A DNA stretch of 64,000 nt. Origin: the human T2T-CHM13v2.0 reference genome, Homo sapiens. Below are positions 30,193-43,181 of the stretch, piece after piece. The notes under the pieces were generated by a model, which did no database searches, was not told the origin of the DNA, and saw only the letters and a program-made list of their open reading frames with translations. The stretch lies in NCBI RefSeq assembly GCF_009914755.1, contig NC_060938.1. One strand, given 5' to 3'. Numbering within the stretch: the first letter of the stretch is position 1; each line of letters starts with the position of its first letter. Made by a program: the position numbers and the translations under genes.

Positions 30193-30721
30193 AAGGTAAC
30201 AGAGAAGAAAATGTTTGTTTATATGGTTTCAGATTTCACGTGGTAACTAACCTTTAAGAAACTGCCACTTGTTGAGCTTTGGTATAGCATCAAAGAACAA
30301 TGTCTACAAATATATGAAAAGGTTATTGAAATGATATTTTATTGTCCTATTACGTGTTTGTTTGAGGCTGGGTTTTCCTCATGTGCTTCAACAAAAACAA
30401 CATATTTCATCAAATTGCATGTAGACATATATATGAGAATTCATAAGTTTCCTATGAAGCCAGACACTAAGATGTGCAAAATTGTAAAACAAGGTCTTCT
30501 TATCACCAATTTTTTGTTGTAAAAATATTGTTTTTAGAACTCATTAATTTACTTAACAGTTTATTATAATCGTAAATGAATTAAGTAATTTTTGTATTCT
30601 CAGTATTCATTTCCAATATAATAGTGATAGATATAACCCACATGAACAGAAGTTCATTGGTGTCCTCACTGATTTTTAAGAATAAAAAGGGATTCTAAGG
30701 CAAGAAGTTTGAGAACTATTG
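30193..30721 (+). mobile_element. Charlie1a, right part
   Basis: GATAGATATAACCCACATGAACAGAAG...AAGTTTGAGAACTATTG matches the Charlie1 3' end; degenerate 8-bp TSD GTGTAGAT/GGCTATAT. Confidence 0.85.
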
Positions 30722-31020
30722 GGCTATATAATCTAGTTTAGTATTTCTCAAAATGTATTCTTCAACAAGCCTCATCATAAACATCTGGATTTCTTTTTAT
30801 AAACTGAACTTTCCTAACCCAAGATCTACAGGATCAGAATCAATAGGTGGAGGCCAGTCCATTAAACCTGAATTGCAAATAAACCCTGCTGGTTCAATCT
30901 TATACATAATAAAATATTACAACTTATACTACAAATAAGAGACCTTCCATACTTTCTAAGATATATAATTTAATGAGAATCACATCTCATTGTGGGTTCT
31001 CTTCCTTTAATAGTTGTAGC

Positions 31021-31246
31021 CGTAACTCCATTTCCTTCTCATAGGTAAGTGGTAATTTTTATCCTATCATATCTGGCATCTGAAGCCCTGCATTTAAGAG
31101 CTAGGATCGAATCTTTTCTCCTTCACTCAAGTACACATGTATACCTTAAGCACATCCCACACATGTGTCCCTGTTTCTATGGATACCCTCAGAAGGAGAC
31201 ATCTTCTGTGAGAGGAAAAGGGAAGACCCAGAAGGATCTGGTAAGC
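31021..31246 (+). other. Recursive-splice-like site (YAG|GTAAGT) with candidate 196-nt RS-exon
   Basis: GTAAC branch-like motif, CTCCATTTCCTTCTCATAG|GTAAGT at 31044/31045; downstream donor CTG|GTAAGC at 31240/31241. Confidence 0.3.
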
Positions 31247-31349
31247 AGTTATTTTATGATGAAGATTTCATTATGGATATGCTGACCAAATTATTGAAAA
31301 TGCCCAGGGGATGAATTTAATCACTCAGAGTGAGAATATCTGGGTTTCT

Positions 31350-31582
31350 CTTTTTAAATTTTTTTCTTGTGGTAAAATACACAGAATGAAATTTACCACT
31401 TTAACCATTTACAAGTACACAGTCTTGTGATATTAAGTACATTCACATTGTTATGCAATTATCACCACCATCCATATCCAGAACATTTTCATCCTCCCCA
31501 GTTAAAACTCTGTACCCATTAAACAGTAATGGGTAGTAATGGGGTAGTAATGCTCCTACCCCAAGTCCTGGAACCACCTCTA
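31350..31582 (-). mobile_element. L1MB 3' end fragment
   Basis: TTGTGGTAAAATACACA...AAATTTACCACTTTAACCATTT...TTAAGTACATTCACATTGTTATGCAA. Confidence 0.85.
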
Positions 31583-31894
31583 AATTTCTTTTTTGGTCAA
31601 CCATTCAGTCTGCAGGAGGGATGTTACAGGTGGTAGCTGGGATAATTGTGCTTCAGCATACCTGCATCAAAGTGTGTAAGCATAAAGACCATCCTTCCTT
31701 GACAGGTGCATTTTTATATCACCTTTAGAAGTGAAAATTTTAATAAAATCTCCTCATTACATACACTGGGTAGATAAAATGGAAGCTCCATATTTTCCAT
31801 TGTTCAGATGCATTATGAATTATATATTTTAATGTATCAGTCCATTATATATTTTGTTGCCTTTGACCAGGGATATTATGGTTTACTCTAGAAA

Positions 31895-32790
31895 GTTCTA
31901 GAATCATAATTATAAACTTTGTTTAGTAGGGATCTCAAAGACTAATTACCCATCTGATACTTAGATCTAGCAATGGAGAAACTCACTACCCACAGAAGCA
32001 GTACATTTAATCTTTGGACTGCCCAGATTGTGAAAATTGTGTATTACATAAAAATCTGGCTCATATATCTTCAAAACATCAGCCCTACTTTTATCACTAA
32101 GGAAACAGTGAAGACAACTATTGTGTTTTCCCTTGATCTTTTTTCTCTAGGCTAAACATCACTAGTTCTGTTAGATGTTCTCAAACTAAAGGATAGGTGT
32201 AATTCCTTTAGCACTCTGCTCATCTCACTGGAATAAACTCATTTCCTACTCTCTTTTCCAGGAGATTCTATATCAAGAAGTGTAGGTGATTTTTAAGTTC
32301 AGACAAGTGAGACTGTTAGAGAATGTCTGACCAGATAGATTACATCCAAACTAGCACCTTCTTTATTCAGAATCCCGTAATTATGTGAATGCAGCCTAAG
32401 GCCATGTTTGCTCCTTTATCAGATGTGATACATAGCAGATTCTTATTGATGTTGTTGTTATAAAAATCTATAAAAATAATTTTCACACCTTTCCCAAGCT
32501 GTTCTTTCACAACTATGTTTATTTTTTTCTAACCTAAGATCAGGAATTTGCATTCTTACTAAATTTAATTTTGTTGGCTTTAGCCATCTTCCCAAGATGT
32601 TAATATCTTTTTGGAACCTCATTCTATTGTACAATATATATTTTATTCCTTACAGCATATACCGTCTGAAAATGTGGTAACCATTCATTTGATTTTCTCA
32701 TTGAAGTAACTGGCAAAATCTGTGAGGAGGGCAGGGCCACTGAAAGCGGAATCCTTTGACACCTTTTAGAGACTTTCCAAATTAGTAGGG
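31895..32790 (-). mobile_element. L3/CR1 fragment
   Basis: GGAGAAACTCACTACCCACAGAAGCAGTACATTTAATCTTTGGACTGCCCAGATTGTGAAAA resembles the reversed L3 3' region. Confidence 0.5.
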
Positions 32791-34179
32791 ACTTAGAAAA
32801 TCTACATACTTAACGATTCAATCAATTAGACTTCATTTTTTAAAATTTTATCTGTAAGCTATCATATATCCTCTTTCAAAAGACTTGATGAGGCCATTTG
32901 CTATCTCTGGGTTTTATTTACCCATAGCAATTTAATAGAAATTTAAAATGTATCACCTCTCAGGAGTAGGGTAACTATTTGTAAGATAAGGTCAATTAGA
33001 TGTTGTGAGTTCCTTGGAGGAAAAGGGTTATATATACCTATGATTATTAAGAATAACACAATAATTCACTCTGAAGAGTTCTAATCCTTCTGTAACTATT
33101 CTCATTTACTGGGTAAATGACTACATAGAACCAGGAGACTAAGCTAATACAATTCTGAAACTCATATTGTGACCAGTAGATTTTGAACTTGAGTGTTTTT
33201 TTTTTTTTCCTTTAAGATCAAGGGCTTTCCTTTTCTAGTAAAAAAAAAAAAGAAAGAAAGAAAATGAAGAGCATCACTAGCTGTTCATGTTCTCATTAGT
33301 CCCTCACTTATCATTTATGCACGCATGGATCAGTGATTGCTAGTATTTCTTCATGGAGGGGAGAAACAATCCCAGACATTTTTATATGAGGGCCTGATTT
33401 TTAGGCTCAAGTGAATCATCTAGTTATAAACACCAGGAAAACGGGTCATATGGCAGAGAACCTGACAGACCCTTTAATGACTGGGACAGACCCTTTGTTT
33501 ATTGGAGTGTGTTCTAGATTTGAAGGTCAAACTTCTCATGTATTTTTCTTGGTCCACTTAACTGTGTTATCTAAACTTGATTAAAAATGACCTTACGATG
33601 GCAGTTATTTTCTTGAAACTATTAGGAAATACTGGCAAGCAACTGAGAATAGTAGGAAGGCAAGCACTTAATGGGTTGGACTATCATAAAGACTTTGAGT
33701 TGAAGAGTGTAGGGAGGTGACTTTGCTGTACAGAATATGAATCAATTACAAACACACTCTCTCCTTCCAGGTCTGGGAGCCCAGAAGCCCCTTCACACCA
33801 GACTAAGGATGCCAGGAAAAATCAATAAGCTATTGAATTGGGTTCTCTGGGGGAAAACAGTGTATTTTGTAATTTCAAAATAGCTCTTTTATTAGAGAGC
33901 TGAAGAGGGTATAGCAGACATTACATTTCTATAAAATATAAGCCTGGCAACATTCAGATCTGTTTTAAAATTAATAGAGCTTCAATCTTTTTTATTTTGG
34001 CAGTAAATTGAGTTGTGATGCCTGCTAACTCTGTCTTCATTCTGATTTAGTAAGCATTTATTAAGAACAGTTCTGTATTTCTCTAACTGCATCACCAAAG
34101 CTTCTTTCTGTCCCCTGGACACTAAATTAAGAGGGATTGCAGCAAAGCTAAATAAATAGATCCTTAATTTTCCCAAGCA

Positions 34180-34240
34180 ACACACATAGAAACACACACA
34201 CAGACACACAGACACACACACACACACACACACACACACA
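34180..34240. repeat. Interrupted (CA)n microsatellite
   Basis: Read directly; followed by a short (TCTA)n-like run. Confidence 0.95.
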
Positions 34241-36450
34241 TCTATCTATGCATCTATCTAGCTATAAAGTTAGGTGTTGAGCATTGGAAGTGGAGGGAAG
34301 ATGGTTTATGTGTAGGTTTAGTTATCAAAATCCACAGCATATAGGCTGACAGCTTTTGAAATACATAAACTGTTTCTCCCTCTCCTGTTTCCATAGCAAC
34401 AGAGTGCACAAAGCCTTAGTTTTTGCACATAGAGAAAAAATTGGGAATGGAGTCTGGAATTGTCTGGAACAAAAGAAGTACACAGAAAATGGAAAACGAA
34501 GCATCTGTAGTCTCGAGAGCCTCACATTTCTTCACCGCTCCTTGATGTTATTATTCAAAATATGTATTTGAAGGCATGTTGGGGTAGCTTTGAAGAGTTT
34601 GGTCAGGATCTGAAAGGTTAGGGCATCCGTGCCCACCTTTGACAAGCGAGAAGAGCCAGCACAAATAACTCACTGTCGTCTTTGTCTTGAGCAGTTGCAT
34701 TATGACTTCTTCTTTTCAGGTATTCTTCATGATCTATTGTCCCTTTACCACACTGCAGGGTGATTATTAAGATCTTTGCACTTTCTTTTTTTTCCACCCA
34801 TTTGATTACTTTAAAGAGCCAATGATAACGTCCTAAATTCAATAAATGGAGGATGTGACATATTCTTTAAGCAAGAGGGTCACAAAGTGAGATATAATGA
34901 TCAGCCAAGCAGCCAAAATCCAAAGCAGGGCTTCCCTGGTTGGGCAAGGGTTTAAAGGGCTGTATCAACCTTGTATGGATATATCTCATTTATTCCCATA
35001 TAATCTACATGCATCTGTCTGGAGTTCTCTGTGTCCTTCATATTGATTCATAACAATTTCTCTGAGTTTGACTTAAATTTCTCTTCCCACAGGGCTAGAT
35101 ATATATGTGGAAAAATTTACCCAATGCAGTAAATATTTTACCAAACTATCCTTTCTGCAGATGCAAGAAAGTAAACTACAATTCAGTGTGGAATATCAGC
35201 TTTCTTTAAAACAAACCAGAACATTTTTTTTTTTTTAATGGAGAACGTAAAACTAAATGACTCTCTTATAGGTAGCCCAGTAGACATTAAAAGGAAGTGA
35301 GCATTGCCAGTTCCTAACATCTCCTCACCAGTCTGGGAGCACTGAAAGTGGTGTAGTGGTGTACTTCATAAGCCCCTTACTAATTAGTTGATGGCTATTT
35401 TGGTAGACAACAAATGTGCATCATATTCTCCCTCACCACCCCCTTAGTAGCCAAGAATAAACAATTGTTGCCTGTCCAGTTGGGGATATTTCCTGAAGCA
35501 GAGTCATCATGACCAGGTATTTGAATCGGTTTTGCTTGAGTACTCCTGGAGCAAGAAGTTAATTGCTGATCTTCTCTAGGGTAAGGATGCAGATAATACT
35601 GCATTTGGCAAGTTTAACGAATCTTTCTGTGGCTCTTGGCAGTTTGTACAGAATTCTTAAAGGGATTTTTCTAAATGCAGGACATGCCCTAAATATATAA
35701 TGGCATGATAAACTGGATTAGCTCAGATGAAGCCATTACTGTCTATTTGTAAATAATAAAGCCTTTAAAGAAGCATAGGAATGAAACCATACTTAACCAA
35801 TAGACTACAATGGCTCCTAAGGGGCTTTTTGGTTTGATTGGGGAAATAATAAAACATGTTTTCCAAAGTTGCCAAAACATATTGACCCACTGGTCCATAA
35901 GGAAAATTACTAGGTTAAAAACAAACTTTTATTTAAAAATTAAAAAAAAATAAACCAAAATACAAATTCTACTTAACCAGCAGCCCTTAGAAAAGGAGCT
36001 TTAGAAATTTTCCACTTTTTAGTACTGGAGACATACTACTGTTTGGATAACATGGGTTTTTGCTAGAGATGAGAGTAACCTATAGTAGTCTGTCTTCAAA
36101 TAGTGAACGTCCTCCTCTGGTACTTCTGTCTGTTTCTCTTGACATAAGTTAATATGAACTGAGAGAGAACTTGTTTTCTTAGCCTCTTCCTTTTCTATCC
36201 TTGAAATCTTGTTTTATCTCCACTACTAAAAGCAAGACCAAAGGACTCCTCCATGTGAGTCGAGCTGATCCCACAGACTAAGGACACACCTGGCCCACAT
36301 TCTTTGAGACACTTAGAAGAGGCGAAACTCAGGGGTCAGTTGTCCTGGTATTGTTGGTGTCTCACAAATCAATAGTGGTCCTATGGCAGTATCTATTTAC
36401 CCTATGACAGGCTGTCAGAGACATGCCCCTGTGAGGAAGGAATACATCTA

Positions 36451-36505
36451 TTAGGTTGGTGCAAAAGTAATCACGGTTTTTGCCATTACTTTTGCACCAA
36501 CCTAA
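36451..36505. mobile_element. MADE1 (Hsmar1 MITE), internally deleted, 55 bp
   Basis: Perfect 21-bp inverted ends TTAGGTTGGTGCAAAAGTAAT / ATTACTTTTGCACCAACCTAA; TA on the left, CA on the right. Confidence 0.95.
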
Positions 36506-37924
36506 CAGAATTCTTTCATGTGGCCCAGATCCCACCCTGTCATGACTGACCCTGGTGACAGTCCTCTCGTTTCTGACTGTATGAATATCGTCTCTCTTCT
36601 CTTTAATCTTCAGTATTTAAAACCTCTTTTTCAGGTCCCTAAATCATGCCTTCTAAAATCATTTCTGGCTTTTCTATGCATTCTTTAGCAATTTTAAAAT
36701 TGTTCACTTCCAAGGGCCTGTGTCATTCTCTCCTTGTCATCACGTGCTCCTCTCATTCTTCTCTTTTCCCCCATTCTTTTTAACCTCTCTCACAGGCTCA
36801 GTGAAGTGGCTGAAAATTACTTGTGCTGAAAATCCAGAAGGTATTACTGCACTGTGGATTCATTTGCAGGCAGTTCAGCTGGAAAATCTGAAAATTGTGT
36901 TACTGTTTTTCTCTGATTCTTACCACTGGATATAGCATTCCCATAGGCTTTCTTAGCATTTTTTTCCCTTTCCCTATTCCTATTTCAGGAGCTTCTATGA
37001 AAGCGTATCTCAAACCTCCTGGAAAAGTTAGCTGTTCCTAAAAGTCCCTCATAGTTCCTTCTTGAAAGTTACACTAAAATTTACCAATGTGGTCAATTTG
37101 CCTCTGTATCTGCTTCTGGCTGAATACCTTTAGGTAGGGCTATCTGTAATATGACCCATACAACATTCCCTCAACCTCCTAGAAATACAACCCCCTTTCC
37201 AATAAAAATCTTCATAGAAACCCAAATGTTGTAGCCTACACTGCGGAGACTGGGGAAGGCACTAGGAACACTATCTATCTCCTTGGTCTCCTCATAGCCT
37301 CACCAGCAGTGCTCCTTAAACACCCACCTTGAGGCCTAGGTCTTCTAGAACAATGTTTGAAAAGCATTGCTGTAAACTGTAAGTGATCAGCATTAGTCCA
37401 GTATTAATTAAAGTTAGGATTACATAAATCAAATCCTATTATCAGTTACTTCCTAAATCACACCTGCTGCCATACTGCTCTTAGCAGTTCTGATCTTGGC
37501 CCTCGCACCATGCCTTGATGAGTGATGTAAGACGGCTTCTACTGACCCACTTCCAGGTGATTATGTGGGTCCACAAAGAAGTCCCTCTCACAGCCATCAC
37601 GAAACAGCAGCCACTGGTTGCCACATTTTCAGTTATCACATTTGTAGAACATTCAACAAATGATATATTAAAGACTTTAATGCTAAATATAGTTTTCAAA
37701 TTGCCACTAGGAATTTATTATGTGGGGAAAAAGCTATCTTATCCAATTATAAAAATAGCCATAATTTCATCTTCTCACTTGATATTATCCACGATGGCAC
37801 TCTTTCTAAACCCAGGGGACAGTCAGAGAAAGCGCAGGTAGTGAAAGAAAAAAATGTACAATAAAATCAAGATATCTATGTGGATACATTTATTTTCTGG
37901 CTTCAGAGTCTCATTTCTTTCCCT

Positions 37925-38070
37925 TGTTATTTGTATTGCTTAATTATCATACAGTGAAATTGACTTTTTGACGTATAGTGTTATGAACTTTAACACCCGT
38001 ATACAGTCATGCAATCACCACCAGAATCAGGACGCAGAGCAATTCCATCATTCCAAATACTTCCTCCGTA
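37925..38070 (-). mobile_element. L1MC/MD-like 3' end fragment
   Basis: CATACAGTGAAATTGACTTTTT...TATGAACTTTAACAC...CATGCAATCACCACCAGAATCAGGA. Confidence 0.65.
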
Positions 38071-38074
38071 ATAC

Positions 38075-38390
38075 ATCTTTATTTTACCTTCATTTCTGAA
38101 ACATAATTGTGGGTTTACAGTTGTTTTCTGTCAGTGTTTTAAGAATATTTGCCACTTTCTTCTCATCTCCGTGATTTCTGGTGAGAAGTTCATTGTCAGT
38201 TGAACATTGTTCCCCTACAAGTAATTGATCGTTTTTCTCTGGCTACATTCAAAATTAGTATTTTTTTTTCTGTCTTTAGTTTTCAAGAGTTTCATTATTA
38301 TATTTCCATGAATTTCTTTGAGTTTACCCTGATTGGTATTTGATGAACTTTCCCAAACTGTATACTTACATCTTTAAACATAGTTTTCAG

Positions 38391-38423
<33 letters not shown>

Positions 38424-41400
38424 CTACACTCTTCTTTATATCTATCTTTATATATAATATATGAAGATATATTATGTATATCTTATCTTTATATATAATA
38501 TATATATAAGATATATATCTATCTCATATATAATATATATAAAATATATATCTCATATATAATATATATAAAATATATATCTCATATATAATATATATAA
38601 AATATATATCTCATATATATTATATATATAAAATATATATCTCATATATATTATATATATAAAATATATATCTCATATATATTATATATATAAAATATAT
38701 ATCTCATATATATTATATATATAAAATATATATCTCATATATATTATATATATAAAATATATATCTCATATATATTATATATATAAAATATATATCTCAT
38801 ATATATTATATATATAAAATATATATCTCATATATATTATATATATAAAATATATATCTCATATATATTATATATATAAAATATATATCTCATATATATT
38901 ATATATAAAATATATATCTCATATATATTATATATATAAAATATATATCTCATATATATTATATATAAATATATATCTCTTATATATTATATATATAAAA
39001 TACATATCTCATATATATTATATATATAAAATACATATCTCATATATATTATACATATAAAATACATATCTCTTATATATTATACATATAAAATACATAT
39101 CTCATATATATTATACATATAAAATACATATCTCATATATTATACATATAAAATACATATCTCTTATATATTATATATATAAAATACATATCTCATATAT
39201 TATATATATAAAATACATATCTCATATATTATATATATAAAATACATATCTCTTATATATTATATATATAAAATACATATCTCTTATATATTATATATAT
39301 AAAATACATATCTCTTATATATTATATATATAAAATACATATCTCTTATATATTATATATATAAAATACATATCTCTTATATATTATATATATAAAATAC
39401 ATATCTCTTATATATTATATATAGAAAATACATATCTCTTATATATTATATATAGAAAATACATATCTCATATTATATATATAAAATACATATCTCATAT
39501 TATATATATAAAATACATATCTCTTATATATTATATATAGAAAATACATATCTCTTATATATTATATATAGAAAATACATATCTCTTATATATTATATAT
39601 AGAAAATACGTATCTCTTATATATTATATATAGAAAATACGTATCTCTTATATATTATATATAGAAAATACGTATCTCTTATATATTATATATAGAAAAT
39701 ACGTATCTCTTATATATTATATATAGAAAATACGTATCTCTTATATATTATATATAGAAAATACGTATCTCTTATATATTATATATAGAAAATACGTATC
39801 TCATATATTATATATAGAAAATACGTATCTCATATATTATATATAGAAAATACGTATCTCTTATATATTATATATAGAAAATATATATCTCTTATATATT
39901 ATATATAGAAAATATATATCTCTTATATATTATATATAGAAAATATATATCTCTTATATATTATATATATAAATTTATATTATATCTTTTTATATATATA
40001 TCTTCATTATATATATATATATATATAGTGCTACACTCTTCTTCCCTTCCTTCAAGACTCTGATGACACAAATATTAGACCTCTTGTACTGTCGCACAGG
40101 TCTTAAGGATCAACTCTTTTAAAAAACTCATTTACTCTCTGTTATTCATACTGGATAATTTATATTAATCATTCAGGTTCACTCAAGTTGAGATTCAAAT
40201 CTATCTCCAATCCACTGTTGAGCCCAACCAGCGAGATTTTTATTTTATTTCTTATATTTTCCATTCCATAATTTGTATTTGATGAGATGGAAATAGAAAT
40301 TATTTCCTCCTTATTTGCTAGATTATTTTTCCTTTCACTATTAGCGTGCTTTTTATTACTTATTAGAGTATTTATGTAATGACTACTTCAAAGTATTTGT
40401 CAGATAATTCCAACACCTGTGTTTTCTTGGCATTGTTGATTGTTTGCCTTTTCTCATGAGAGTCAAGGTTTTCCTTGTCTTCTCATATCTTTAGCAATAT
40501 TGTACACTGAACATTTTAAATATGAGAATGTCAACCTCGACCTTATTTGAATATTAATATTTTTATTTCAGTAAGCGATTTACATGGTTAGGTTCATTCT
40601 GCAAGTCCCAACCAACTTCTGTGAGCTGTGGTTCCTATGGTAGTTATGTTTTCAAAGCCTTTGTGGTGCTATTCATACCCACCTCACATATGCACCACTG
40701 TGGGTAGTGATCTATTTCCATTTCAAAAGGCTTTGGTATGCTGATTCGACCCATACATGCCAGCTTGAGTGAACCCAGGTATTTCTAAGAAATTTTATTG
40801 GGTAGCTTTCCTGAGGTTCTTTCTGTGCTATGTCTCTGTTACTTTCCAGTTCCCTGGGACTTCCCTTTCTGGTTGTCCAGTCAGAAAGCAGCTGAGTTTT
40901 AGTTGCTTTATTTTGAATTTCTGTGACTAAACTGGGAGCCAAAAGGTAGAAGGGCAAAGAGAAAAAAAGGCACCAAGGCTTGATGCCACTCTTTCAGGAT
41001 CACAACTCCACCAATTAAGAGTGGACAATTATCCTCCTTTTGCTTTCTGTGGCCTCCTCTTGCATTGTGGCGTGTTCCACTGCCGTGGTATGACTGCTTG
41101 TAGGATAAGGAACAAGGAAATAGTGGTAAGAAAAATACAACACGGAAGTCTACACTCTCTCTGAGAATGAGAAGCTCCCTTTTTGATTCCCTGAGCCAAA
41201 ACTAGTAAGCTTCTCCTGGAGCTCTCTGTTCTTTCTAATGTCTACTTTAAGGTTTCAGACTGCATTACATTCAGGCTAGGAGATACTGGAGAAGAAAAAT
41301 GATAAATTCACCACCACTTTGGTGGTACTTTTAATTCTTGTCTTCTTCCCCAATCTGCTTACTACTATTTTCTTTTCAGGATTCTCAAAGAGCTGCTGCA

Positions 41401-41465
41401 TGCCTTCTGTTCACATATTATAGTTGCATTCAGTAGGAGAGACCAGACATCTTTTGCTGAAGCAG
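38075..41465 (-). mobile_element. Old L1M 5' portion (ORF1/5' UTR), interrupted by the minisatellite
   Basis: TTTCTGGTGAGAAGTTCATTGTCAGT, TTCAAGACTCTGATGACACAAATATTAGACCTCTT and TCCACTGTTGAGCCCAACCAG are reversed L1M ORF1-like segments on both sides of the array. Confidence 0.65.
38393..40027. repeat. AT-rich minisatellite, unit ~27-31 bp (CTCATATATATTATATATATAAAATATATAT), roughly 48 copies, flanked by (TA)n
   Basis: Read directly; ordered blocks of unit variants. Confidence 0.97.
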
Positions 41466-41504
41466 AACTCCATCATTTCCTAAACGTGGGAAATCTCCAA
41501 ACAG

Positions 41505-41625
41505 GGCTATCACGTATAATTGTACGAAGGCACTTTGCCCTCCTTCATGGGGATTTTATCACATCAACTATGCTGTGAATGGCATCTTTCTGGAATTAAG
41601 TAGTAGATAAGCTCTAACAGCTACA
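41505..41625. mobile_element. MER91-like hAT relic
   Basis: GGGATTTTATCACATC...TGTGAATGGCATCTTTCTGGAATT. Confidence 0.4.
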
Positions 41626-42403
41626 CAAAGGAATCTCCTTACTTCTATCCATGTTTTCTTCTCTCTCTTTACATACCTTCCCTCAGTGATCATATACAGT
41701 TTTATAATGCACCTTTGAAGTTATGCACCTGAATCTCAGATTTATTGGGTCTAGCTCCATCCTTACAGTGAGCTCTGATCCCACATTTTCAATCACCTGA
41801 TGAATATTTGTACCTGGATACTTCACTTTTACTTTTACATACAACAGGTGAAAGACAAACCTTGTCATCTTTCCCATAATTGCTTTTCCTGACTTCGCCA
41901 TTTCTTACTGGAGCATAATTATTCTTTTACTATCTATCAAGCTGAAAGTCATATTTGACTTATTTTCCCTCATTCAGCAAATATAACCAGTCAAGTACTA
42001 TTCATTTTCCCTTTTGAATTTTCTAATTCACCTGATCACTTCTATTTTCTGAATATTGGTCCAAGTCCTTTATATGCTGAGTCAAGATAATAACAGTAGA
42101 CACTATTACTAATATTATTGCTATCCCTATTCACGATCACCGTCATCACCACCACCATCCTTATCATTCATTGGATATCTGTTACAATCCTTTTCTAAAT
42201 ACATTGGGTATATGTGCTAACCACAATCTTGGAAGGTAGGATAAGTGAAACACAATTCCATTTGTAGCTGTCCGGTGCATGTAATGCATAAATCTTCCTA
42301 AGTGGAGAATGAAGGCTAAAACAAAGCCAGGATTATACTCCTCTTTCCTCACATGCAAATAATGTTGCAAAATCTACTCAGAGACCTAGAGGAAAGTTTT
42401 TCT

Positions 42404-42463
42404 GTTTTTTTTGTTGTTGTTGTTTTGTTTTTTGTTTTTTTGTTTTGTTTTGTTTTTGTTTTT
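42404..42463. repeat. (TTG)n/(TTTTG)n simple repeat
   Basis: Read directly. Confidence 0.9.
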
Positions 42464-42779
42464 GGCACAAAGGTGCTGTCTGCTTCCCAAGCAATGTAGT
42501 GTGCTCCTGGGCTTCCCCAGCCCTATGGGGTTCCTTTTTCTAATTCACATAAAGATATGTTTATATTGATGGTAGATTACACAGAAAGGACAGGAGACAC
42601 TTTCTCAGGGCAATATTAATAGTCAAGTTATTGAGATACATTTGGAATTCTGGTCTGTCTCTTATATAATCCCCTTAGATCTGGGTTCCCATAAAACCCT
42701 TTAGCATATTAACATCAGAATAATCATCTTAACCTGTTATTTAAATTGTGTAATTTTGCAACTCCAAGACCTTCACTGA

Positions 42780-43181
<402 letters not shown>

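Noticed and set aside
38393-40027. Array considered as CRISPR-like or coding
   Set aside because: No unique spacers; contiguous AT-only units; eukaryotic context; no cas genes.
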